64,000 nt of DNA, from assembly GCA_029865605.1 (NCBI GenBank), contig JAOUGE010000003.1:21797-85796 (forward strand), in the 5' to 3' direction. The stretch is from Candidatus Berkelbacteria bacterium (GTDB lineage Bacteria > Patescibacteriota > UBA1384 > DTJR01). Below, in pieces: positions 41,427-48,690 of the stretch (position 1 is its first letter; the number at the start of each line of letters is the position of its first letter). Both the position numbers and the translations under genes were made by a program. The notes beneath the pieces were generated by a model. It made no database searches. It saw nothing but the letters and a program-made list of their open reading frames with translations, and was not told where the DNA came from.

Positions 41427-41591
41427 ATGGAAAAGTGCGAAAAATGCGGCATGCCAATGGAAGAGGGCGAGTGCTGTTCGTGCCGCCCCAGTAGGTGTTA
41501 TCACTGCTGTAAATGCGAAGACGGCTGTAGCTGTAACTGTACTAACCGCGAATTGCGCGAAATAGAAGAAGAAAAAGAAAAGAAAGAATAA
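41427..41591 (+). CDS. small cysteine-rich metallothionein-like peptide (54 aa, 13 Cys) with acidic C-terminal tail
   Basis: Not in ORF track (<60 aa). AAGGAGG SD 6 nt upstream of ATG; MEKCEKCGMPMEEGECCSCRPSRCYHCCKCEDGCSCNCTNRELREIEEEKEKKE. Confidence 0.5.
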   Translation: MEKCEKCGMPMEEGECCSCRPSRCYHCCKCEDGCSCNCTNRELREIEEEKEKKE

Positions 41592-41635
41592 TTTAGAAAT
41601 TATAAAACCGGCTCGGATATACCTTAATCGTCTGT

Positions 41636-42424
41636 TTGGATATGGCATACAACCCACCCAGAAAATACAATCTATTTGACCCAACTTCTTCAAAACCATT
41701 CTCTCTAAGCCGGGGGAAAATTGAAAATTTCCTCAAATGCCCAAGGTGTTTTTACTTGGATAGACGGCTGGGAATTGACCGGCCGCCGCTCCCCGGCTTT
41801 TCCCTAAACGTTGCTGTTGATCAACTGATGAAAAAAGAGTTTGACATTTTAAGAAAATCAAAAAAAAGACACGAACTAATGAAAAAATTCAAGATTGACG
41901 CTGTCCCCTTCGATCACCCCGATATTATGGTTTGGCGGGACGATATCAAAAAATTCGAGGGGGCAAACTTTTTGCACAAGCAAACTAATTTGAAGATATG
42001 CGGAATAATTGACGATGTTTGGATAAATCCGACGAGTAAACTCCATATAGTCGACTATAAGTCAACCAGTACTTCGCGTGAAATCTCGCTAGAGGATGAA
42101 TATAAACAAACTTATAAAAAACAAATTGAGCTTTATCAATGGATATTCAGACAAAACGGTTTCAAGGTCTCGGATATCGGCTATTTCGTTTTCGCCAACG
42201 CGAAAAAAACGCCGGAAAAATTCGATGGAGTCCTTGAGTTCGAAATGCAAATCATCTCCCATAAGGGAGACGACTCCTGGGTTGAAAAAACAGTTTTCGA
42301 GATCAAAAAATGTCTAATGTCGGACACCCTACCCTCGTCTACTGAAAGGTGCGAATATTGCGCTTACCGAAAAGCGTCCAAACCCTTTGACCAAAAAGCT
42401 ATTCAAGGAAGCCTAGGGATCTAA
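41636..42424 (+). CDS. PD-(D/E)XK nuclease, Cas4/RecB-like with four-Cys cluster
   Basis: 262 aa; GIIDDV...IVDYKST (D...D/E-x-K), QIELYQW (QxxxY), Cys pairs CPRC (N-term) and CEYC (C-term) as in Cas4 Fe-S nucleases; no cas genes or array nearby. Confidence 0.6.
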   Translation: MDMAYNPPRKYNLFDPTSSKPFSLSRGKIENFLKCPRCFYLDRRLGIDRPPLPGFSLNVAVDQLMKKEFDILRKSKKRHELMKKFKIDAVPFDHPDIMVWRDDIKKFEGANFLHKQTNLKICGIIDDVWINPTSKLHIVDYKSTSTSREISLEDEYKQTYKKQIELYQWIFRQNGFKVSDIGYFVFANAKKTPEKFDGVLEFEMQIISHKGDDSWVEKTVFEIKKCLMSDTLPSSTERCEYCAYRKASKPFDQKAIQGSLGI

Positions 42425-42462
42425 CCGAATCTTCCTAAGAAAAAAATGAAAGAGGAGGACAT

Positions 42463-42975
42463 ATGGCAAAAATCGTGATGGTTATTGCACCGGAGAACTT
42501 TCGTGACGAAGAGTACTTCAAGCCGAAGGAAATCCTTGAGTCAAATGGGCACGAGGTCATCACTGCCTCAAAAGAGATCAATCAAATCAGGGGCGTCGGG
42601 GGTGGAACAGCCAAAGCAACAGTCAAGGTGATGGATTTAAGCCCTTATGATTATGAGGCAATAGTTTTTATTGGCGGGCAGGGCATGCAAGAATTTACTA
42701 ATGATTCCGACCTTAAGGCAGCAGCTAAAAAATTCTACGATGCAAAAAAACTGACAGCAGCAATCTGCATCGCTCCAGCGATTCTGGCCAACGCCGGAAT
42801 CCTCTCCGGCAAAAAAGTAACTTCTACCCCGAGTGCTATCGAAGTCCTTAAAAAAGCCGGCTCTAATCACACCGGAAGTCTAGTCGAAGTCGATGGCCAA
42901 ATCATTACCGCCAGCGGCCCCGACGCCGCCGAAGAACTTGGTAACAAAATTGCCGAGATATTAAAACCCAAATAA
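42463..42975 (+). CDS. DJ-1/PfpI family protein (class I glutamine amidotransferase-like)
   Basis: 170 aa; nucleophile elbow AICIAPAILANAG; strong SD GAGGAGG. Confidence 0.8.
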   Translation: MAKIVMVIAPENFRDEEYFKPKEILESNGHEVITASKEINQIRGVGGGTAKATVKVMDLSPYDYEAIVFIGGQGMQEFTNDSDLKAAAKKFYDAKKLTAAICIAPAILANAGILSGKKVTSTPSAIEVLKKAGSNHTGSLVEVDGQIITASGPDAAEELGNKIAEILKPK

Positions 42976-42995
42976 GAACGCTTTTCTAAAAGTCT

Positions 42996-43029
42996 GGGGG
43001 TTGACAAGCATCGGTCTTGTAATTATCAT
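42996..43029 (+). promoter_or_regulatory. putative strong sigma70-type promoter (GGGGG-TTGACA, 17-nt spacer, TATCAT)
   Basis: GGGGGTTGACAagcatcggtcttgtaatTATCAT; predicted TSS ~43036-43039. Confidence 0.55.
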
Positions 43030-43038
43030 CATTACAAG

Positions 43039-43163
43039 ATGAGAAACCTCAAACACCACAAGAAGCTGCAAAAGAGATCTCTCATCCAAGAGGCCATCAC
43101 GGCCTCGTTTTTGTATCAGGGCCCTTAAGGGTCCCAAACGCTCCCTGAGAGGGAGGTGAATCG
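43039..43163 (+). promoter_or_regulatory. 5' leader: leaderless 29-codon uORF (43039..43128) containing a terminator-like hairpin, followed by two GC hairpins, the last overlapping the SD of the downstream gene
   Basis: ATG at predicted TSS; uORF MRNLKHHKKLQKRSLIQEAITASFLYQGP; GAGGCCatcacGGCCTCgttttt (43090..43112); GGGCCCttaaGGGTCC (43118..43134); CTCCCtgagaGGGAGgtg (43141..43158) then ATG 43164. Confidence 0.35.
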
Positions 43164-43808
43164 ATGGACCAGCGGGTCGAAGAAGCGCTTAGGGCGCTAG
43201 AAGACAGCCTCCGACTCCACCTGGATCATTACACCTCGAATGAGATCGCACTCATTCATAGAGCAATGCACACCGCTGTCACCTGGCAAGGCACACGCAC
43301 GCGTCTCTCGGGCACACCGGCCTGGGCCCACACGCTCGCAGTAGGCAACGACCTAATCGCGCTCGGCGCCGATGCCGACCCGATCGTCGCCGGTTACCAT
43401 CACGACGACTTGGAGGACCTCGGCAAAACAGCCGAAGATCTGTGCACACTCTATGGCCCCGAAGCCGCCGGGCTGGTGGTTGCCCTGACCAAGACTGTCG
43501 AGGACACCTATATCGCCCAGCTGATACGCGAGGGACATGTCAACTGGTGGGTGCTGCTGATTAAGGCCGTTGACCGGCGCCACAACATTCGAACAGTCGC
43601 CGGCTTCAAACTCAACAAGCAGGAAGAGTATGCCCACGAAACCCGAGCTCTGGTCGCCGTCCTGCGCATTGGCAGCATCTGGGTCCCCGCCGAGTGGCAA
43701 GAGCGCTACCACGGCATCCTCGACGAATCGCAAGGGCTTGCCCGACAAGTCCTCGCCTCGATCGAAGCCGGGCGCCGTACGAACCCCACCCTCCCCCTCC
43801 TGTTCTAG
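43164..43808 (+). CDS. small alarmone hydrolase-like HD protein (RelA/SpoT-type (p)ppGpp hydrolase domain only); high-GC gene
   Basis: 214 aa; RLSGTPAWAHTLAVG (RxSGxPYxxH), GYHHDDLEDLG (HDxxED), LVVALTK, LIKAVDRRHNIRTV (KLADRxHNMRT); no synthetase domain; ~60% GC. Confidence 0.75.
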   Translation: MDQRVEEALRALEDSLRLHLDHYTSNEIALIHRAMHTAVTWQGTRTRLSGTPAWAHTLAVGNDLIALGADADPIVAGYHHDDLEDLGKTAEDLCTLYGPEAAGLVVALTKTVEDTYIAQLIREGHVNWWVLLIKAVDRRHNIRTVAGFKLNKQEEYAHETRALVAVLRIGSIWVPAEWQERYHGILDESQGLARQVLASIEAGRRTNPTLPLLF

Positions 43809-43953
43809 GCCTCGCTGCAGTGCCAGAAGGCAAAAGCAGCGGGGCCTTCGCGATTTTTAAAACCAAGGGGGTTGACAAGAAAGCTTTTTTGTCTTAAACA
43901 AGACTGCTATAATTATTTTGCTATGTTAAGTAGCTTGAGAGGAGGTGATCAAA

Positions 43954-44175
43954 ATGGACGAAGAAAAAGACGAAACAACGGACGAAACAACAGAAGAAAA
44001 AGACGATAAAGAGCCCACTGGTGTAGTTGATACAGCAGCCGATACAGAGGAGGAACCTGCTGTAGGAGGCGGTGCTTCTTGGGGTTCGGGCGGTACTGAT
44101 GACGACGATGGGGATGACGAGGGCGATGAAGAAGAAAAACCAGCTGGCGAGGAAGAGAAGAAAGAAAAGGAATAA
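43954..44175 (+). CDS. hyper-acidic low-complexity small protein (73 aa, D/E/T-rich)
   Basis: GGAGGTG SD 6 nt before ATG 43954 (track lists GTG 43945); MDEEKDETTDETTEEKDD...DDDDGDDEGDEEEK...; followed by a canonical terminator. Confidence 0.5.
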   Translation: MDEEKDETTDETTEEKDDKEPTGVVDTAADTEEEPAVGGGASWGSGGTDDDDGDDEGDEEEKPAGEEEKKEKE

Positions 44176-44211
44176 GGCAAAGAGTAAAATAACTGATTTA
44201 ACCATCAAAAA

Positions 44212-44235
44212 AGGGCCCCGAAAGGGCCCTTTTTT
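44212..44235 (+). terminator. Rho-independent terminator
   Basis: AAAAAAGGGCCCCgaaaGGGCCCTTTTTTG. Confidence 0.75.
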
Positions 44236-44268
44236 GCTAATTCTATCCTGTTTGGCTAAAATATATCT

Positions 44269-44592
44269 ATGACATACTCGCTACTCAGTCTATGGTTACT
44301 GGCAATTATTATATATATCAGGGCAAGCCTGCTCGCAACGGGAACCTGGACAAAAAAACTCTTTAAACAAGAAGGATTTCTTCTCTGGCAGAAACTATCC
44401 GCCGTTATTTTAACCCTTAGCGCAATTTATGCTCTTTTAGCAGGGGTGAAGTTTTTGGCAATTCCATTTGCCATAAATCTTATTTTCAATTTTCTTTTTT
44501 ACCTGCAACCGACACCACGAACAACAAAGCTGCTACTCAAGCTTTTTACTATTTCGAACCTAATCCTTTTAATAATTTATTTTCTGGGCTAA
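44269..44592 (+). CDS. hypothetical membrane protein (3 TM)
   Basis: 107-aa hydrophobic ORF. Confidence 0.45.
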   Translation: MTYSLLSLWLLAIIIYIRASLLATGTWTKKLFKQEGFLLWQKLSAVILTLSAIYALLAGVKFLAIPFAINLIFNFLFYLQPTPRTTKLLLKLFTISNLILLIIYFLG

Positions 44593-44610
44593 GCCAGGGG
44601 TTTTTCGTTT

Positions 44611-45222
44611 ATGGAATTCTTGACAGAAAAAAAGCCCTTGCTAAGTTATATTCGTATGAGAAAGACTATTTTATTAATTTTGAGCATCGGACTCGCGGTT
44701 TTCTCTTATTCTAAGTGCTTCGCCGAGACCACAAGTAGCACTAGCGCCTGGGCGGAAGCCAGTTCATCTTCTTCGTCAGCCAGTGCATCAGCAAATAGCG
44801 CGAGCGCAAATGCAACAGCCGATGGTTTCTCATCTAGCTCACAGGCTATAATCGAGAATCCTCCCGAAGGCCTCTACCCAGAGGTAATTGAGTATTATCC
44901 AGCACCACAAACACCGCAACCTGCTCTAAGCGCCACCACCGCCAGCAACGAAAAACTCTCGCAGGCTGCCCAACAAACTGAAGCGAATACGTCCGACTCA
45001 ACAGTCCAAGAATCTCTAGGTCTGAAAAACTTGGCTAGTAGGCTTAGTGATATTCAAAACAGACAAATTGGCATTGATAACACGCTCATCAATCTCGAAA
45101 GCTGGACGAGCAAGGTTCAAAAATACTACCTAATAAGCCTGCTGATGATAGTTATCATCCTTATTATCCTAGCCATAGATTCAATTGCTCTGCGAAAAAG
45201 GGTTTCGGAACTAGAAGCTTAA
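44611..45222 (+). CDS. secreted/anchored Ser-Ala-rich low-complexity protein with C-terminal TM anchor
   Basis: 203 aa; probable start at Met 44656 (MRKTILLILSIGLAVFSYSKCFA signal peptide); S/A-rich tract; coiled-coil-like region; C-terminal hydrophobic helix. Confidence 0.45.
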   Translation: MEFLTEKKPLLSYIRMRKTILLILSIGLAVFSYSKCFAETTSSTSAWAEASSSSSSASASANSASANATADGFSSSSQAIIENPPEGLYPEVIEYYPAPQTPQPALSATTASNEKLSQAAQQTEANTSDSTVQESLGLKNLASRLSDIQNRQIGIDNTLINLESWTSKVQKYYLISLLMIVIILIILAIDSIALRKRVSELEA

Positions 45223-45254
45223 ATTTATGCTAAAATGTATTTGAAAGGAGGAAG

Positions 45255-45422
45255 GTGAAAAAAATCTACTTAATAGCTGCAGTTTTAGCAGTTGGAATCA
45301 TATTGTCTGGTTGCCAGGGTACAAACTATGGCACAACAGACAATGCTGATATTGCGACTGAAGACGAAAGCGAGCCAACCAACGTGCCACCGGTTCCACC
45401 AGAGCCAACCCAACCCGAATAA
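45255..45422 (+). CDS. small lipoprotein (55 aa; lipobox LSGC), acidic proline-rich mature part
   Basis: Hand-called; GTG start after AGGAGG (short spacer, so start uncertain); VKKIYLIAAVLAVGIILSGCQGTNYGTTDNADIATEDESEPTNVPPVPPEPTQPE; track ORF 45292..45492 is another frame. Confidence 0.45.
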   Translation: MKKIYLIAAVLAVGIILSGCQGTNYGTTDNADIATEDESEPTNVPPVPPEPTQPE

Positions 45423-45533
45423 ACCAAGGCAACAAAGACAAGGTCAGAAACAGATCGTAGTCCGAAGGCAAAGCCTAGAGCCAGCATCTTGAGAGACGGT
45501 CTTACCACAAGGGGTAAAATTTTATAAACCACA

Positions 45534-46184
45534 TTGAGAAAAGACTTAAATCCAGCCCAGGACATTGAAGGGCTTATCCGAAAGTCAGGTTATTCAAGAT
45601 TATGTGGAATCGATGAAGCTGGGCGAGGCGCTCTAGCCGGTCCGCTTGTAGCAGCTGCTGTAATCTTACCCGTAAAGTTCAAAGTCGCCGTTAAGGACTC
45701 GAAGCAACTTAAAAACGAAGAACGTACCGCTCTCTCTAGGCTAATAAAAGAAAAATCTATCTGTTGGTCGATCGGCTTGTCCTCAGTTGAAGAAATTAAT
45801 GCCTTCGGAATTCAAAGCGCAACATATATCGCATATCATCGAGCAATCGATTTACTTGAAAAAAAACCCGATTTCCTAATAATCGACCATTATCGTCTCC
45901 CGGCAACGAGAATCCCTCAAAAAAGCATTACTTTCGGGGACCGGCTTTGCCCAACAATCTCTGCCGCATCAATAATCGCTAAGACCACACGTGATCAAAT
46001 AATGCAAGATTTATCCAGAAGAAATGAGCTGAAAAAATACAAACTTCATAAGCACTTCGGCTACGGGACCAAACTCCACCTAAAGATAGTTGCTAAAATC
46101 GGACCAAGCTCAGAACACAGAATAAAATATATTTCTGGTTACCCTCTTGAAAAAATTAGAAACACATTGTTTACTCATAATTAA
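45534..46184 (+). CDS. rnhB: ribonuclease HII
   Basis: 216 aa (TTG start in track); GIDEAGRGALAGPLVAAAVIL catalytic motif. Confidence 0.85.
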   Translation: MRKDLNPAQDIEGLIRKSGYSRLCGIDEAGRGALAGPLVAAAVILPVKFKVAVKDSKQLKNEERTALSRLIKEKSICWSIGLSSVEEINAFGIQSATYIAYHRAIDLLEKKPDFLIIDHYRLPATRIPQKSITFGDRLCPTISAASIIAKTTRDQIMQDLSRRNELKKYKLHKHFGYGTKLHLKIVAKIGPSSEHRIKYISGYPLEKIRNTLFTHN

Positions 46185-46201
46185 TATAGGGAAGGAGTGA
46201 A

Positions 46202-46711
46202 ATGAAAATCCAAATCGTTTCTGACAGTTTAGCAAGGGGCTCGGATTACCTGAAGCGGGACAAGATGGCTCTAGTTTTAGACCTGGCTAAAAAAGCTTTT
46301 TTTATCTGGGTGGCGGTATTTATTATTAGCGAAATTGCGATCTCGGGCGGAAGATACGAGTTTAATATTTACCTGACAATCGTTCAGCTAGTAATTATCT
46401 TGACCGTTTTAATCTACTTCATGTCAGTCTCAAAGCTAAAAACAAAATCACTAAAAGAAAATCTCATTTGGGGGCTAGGTTTAGCAGTCTGGTTTGCCAT
46501 TCTAGATTTTCTGATCATTAATCTCTTACTCGAGAAAAATAGTCTCTCGATTTATAAGAACTGGGAAACCTACATCGCCTATGGATTACTTCTTTTGATC
46601 CCCGTGTTCCGATATTCACTAAAAATACGACCCCAATCCCTCACTCCCCCACCACCCCCAGAAGGAGAAAACGAAATAAGCAGCAAAGCTATCGGTGGAA
46701 TAAACCCTTAA
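46202..46711 (+). CDS. hypothetical membrane protein with C-terminal PPPPP tract
   Basis: 169 aa, 4 TM segments, AGGAG SD. Confidence 0.45.
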   Translation: MKIQIVSDSLARGSDYLKRDKMALVLDLAKKAFFIWVAVFIISEIAISGGRYEFNIYLTIVQLVIILTVLIYFMSVSKLKTKSLKENLIWGLGLAVWFAILDFLIINLLLEKNSLSIYKNWETYIAYGLLLLIPVFRYSLKIRPQSLTPPPPPEGENEISSKAIGGINP

Positions 46712-46739
46712 AAAAATCCGAGTCCAGAAGCGCAAGGGC

Positions 46740-46767
46740 TTGACAAACCATAAACACTCCTTATAAT
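46740..46767 (+). promoter_or_regulatory. putative strong promoter (GGGC-TTGACA, 16-nt spacer, TATAAT)
   Basis: GGGCTTGACAaaccataaacactcctTATAAT upstream of 46817 gene. Confidence 0.5.
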
Positions 46768-46816
46768 CAGATTGTATAAGTAAAATAAAACCGAGATTAG
46801 AAAGGAGGTGGCGAAA

Positions 46817-47014
46817 ATGGCACACACAGTCAAGTCAAATAAGACCGGTGAGACATATTACTTGCACTCAAAAGACGTGACTTTGAGGGGAGGAAGAAAA
46901 CAAACTATTTACTACTTCGCAAGAAATGAGAGACCAAATTCATGCGATCTCCCGTCAGGATACAAAGTAATGGAAAACCCGAGAACGGGTCTACCCATGC
47001 TCAAAAAGGGCTAA
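46817..47014 (+). CDS. small basic hypothetical protein (66 aa)
   Basis: GGAGGTG SD then ATG 46817 (track uses GTG 46808); MAHTVKSNKTGETYYLHSKDVTLRGGRKQTIYYFARNERP...; consensus promoter and terminator. Confidence 0.45.
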   Translation: MAHTVKSNKTGETYYLHSKDVTLRGGRKQTIYYFARNERPNSCDLPSGYKVMENPRTGLPMLKKG

Positions 47015-47034
47015 AGAAATAAACGTTTTGGGAA

Positions 47035-47070
47035 AAACCCCCCCCACAGTAATTTAGAGGGGGGTTTTTC
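47035..47070 (+). terminator. Rho-independent terminator
   Basis: AAAAACCCCCCCCacagtaatttagaGGGGGGTTTTTCTTT. Confidence 0.7.
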
Positions 47071-47110
47071 TTTCAATTCAAAAATCTTTATGATATAGTC
47101 ATACAAGCTC

Positions 47111-48559
47111 ATGAGAAGAGTTGATAATGTTTTTACTTTCATTTTATTGCCGCTTGATGCTCTGGCGGTAATTTTAGCTTTTGTAGCGAGTTATTTTCTG
47201 CGCTCCAACGCGACCTTTCCCCCTGTAGTTTATATTTGGCCATTCGAGCAATATATAAAGCTAGCTATTTATATGATACCGGTTTGGCTAGTCGCCTTCT
47301 CTCTGGCCGGACTATACAACCCCCAAAGAAAAGGCATCAAGGAATTCGGCCAAATTATTGTCGGGGCAAGCCTAGGCACAATGGCTGTAGTACTCTGGGT
47401 CTTTCTGAACAGAAGCGACTTTTTTTCAAGACTAATTGTCTTCTACATTTGGGGTTCGGCTATAGTTTTGGTCACGGCCGAAAGGTCAATCCTAAGTCTG
47501 ATCAAATCAAACCTATACCTCCTCGGTCTTAAGAAAAAACGGCTCTTGATTATTGGGCAGCCGGATAAAATAACTCGATCCTTATTGGGAATAATAAAAG
47601 TAAAGCCTTCGCTAGGTTATGAAGCAGCTGGGATTCTATCAAACGAAAAAACAAATAATATAAAAGGGTTCGAGGGCCTTGAATACTTAGGTAAACCAGA
47701 CGAACTTGAAAATATATTGAGAAAAAACGGTATCAGCGAAACTATTTTAACCGACAAGGGTGTCAGAGATGAAGATCTTTTTTCATACATGAGAACTTGC
47801 CAAGAGAGAGGTGTTATATTCAAGGCCATTCCAAACCACGCCGAAGTCGGGGCAAGAACGCTGCGCTTTGACGCCTTTGGCGGACTCCCCATAATTGAGT
47901 TTAAAGGTACCCCGCTCGATGGTTGGGGAGCGGCCTATAAAAGAGTTATTGACTTTATCGGCTCAATCATAGCAATAATAATCCTTTCGCCACTTATGAC
48001 GTTAATTGCTCTTTTGGTAAAAACTACATCTAGAGGACCTGTTATCTATCGAAATACCAGGATCGGCAACAGGGGAAAATTTATAACCTTGAAATTCAGA
48101 ACGATGTATCTGGAGCACTGCACTGGCCCGCAATATGGTGGCTCGCGCGCCGAAAACTTCGAAAATAAATTAATTGCCGAAAGGAATATCAAAAAAGGCA
48201 GCGCCGTTTACAAAATTGCCAGAGACCCCAGAATTACCCCGATAGGAAGATTTTTAAGAAAAACGTCCCTTGACGAACTTCCCCAGTTCTTCAATGTCAT
48301 TAAAGGCAATATGAGCATAGTCGGACCCCGTCCCCACCAACCTAAAGAAGTAATACATTATACAAAAGAGCAGAGGAAACTACTAATGATAAAGCCCGGC
48401 ATTACCGGGCTAGCGCAAATTTCCGGTCGCAGCGACCTTAATTTTGACGAGGAAGCCGACCTTGATATATTTTATCTCGAGAACTGGTCCATCTGGCTCG
48501 ATCTTTTCATCATTATCAACACCCCCAAGGCAGTCTTTGGCAAAAGAGGAACGTACTAA
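47111..48559 (+). CDS. polyprenyl-phosphate hexose-1-phosphate transferase (WbaP/EpsB-like bacterial sugar transferase)
   Basis: 482 aa; N-terminal TMs, C-terminal Bac_transf domain (PRPHQP...GITGLAQISGRSDL...DLDIFYLENWS). Confidence 0.8.
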   Translation: MRRVDNVFTFILLPLDALAVILAFVASYFLRSNATFPPVVYIWPFEQYIKLAIYMIPVWLVAFSLAGLYNPQRKGIKEFGQIIVGASLGTMAVVLWVFLNRSDFFSRLIVFYIWGSAIVLVTAERSILSLIKSNLYLLGLKKKRLLIIGQPDKITRSLLGIIKVKPSLGYEAAGILSNEKTNNIKGFEGLEYLGKPDELENILRKNGISETILTDKGVRDEDLFSYMRTCQERGVIFKAIPNHAEVGARTLRFDAFGGLPIIEFKGTPLDGWGAAYKRVIDFIGSIIAIIILSPLMTLIALLVKTTSRGPVIYRNTRIGNRGKFITLKFRTMYLEHCTGPQYGGSRAENFENKLIAERNIKKGSAVYKIARDPRITPIGRFLRKTSLDELPQFFNVIKGNMSIVGPRPHQPKEVIHYTKEQRKLLMIKPGITGLAQISGRSDLNFDEEADLDIFYLENWSIWLDLFIIINTPKAVFGKRGTY

Positions 48560-48690
48560 AGCTATCTCAAAAATCTTAGGCCAGCAAAGCCGGGGGAGCA
48601 GAGCCAAAATAAAACCTCAAAAAGAACACGCCGAAACCCATACTCACCAATCTGACTAGAAAAAACACCTATTTATTAAAAACCAAAGAG

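Noticed and set aside
41367-41699. 110-aa minus-strand ORF rich in Phe, and plus-strand ORF 41281..41565
   Set aside because: Antisense or out-of-frame to the SD-preceded Cys-rich peptide gene; poly-Phe arises from the GAA/AAA-rich sense strand.
43353-43878. Several overlapping ORFs on both strands inside 43164..43808 (43353..43748 -, 43570..43860 +, 43612..43878 -, 43694..43897 +)
   Set aside because: Alternative frames of a GC-rich gene; only the plus frame from 43164 carries the RSH hydrolase motifs.
43921-44208. Minus-strand ORFs antisense to the acidic protein, and the S-rich minus ORF 32380..32679 antisense to the bactofilin tail
   Set aside because: Low-complexity antisense translations of GAA/GAT-rich coding sequence.
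45292-45492. 66-aa ORF (MESYCLVARV...) and antisense ORF 45326..45565
   Set aside because: Different frame or strand overlapping the hand-called lipoprotein, whose N-terminus has a clean signal peptide and lipobox; the track ORF's translation is Gln/Arg-rich nonsense.
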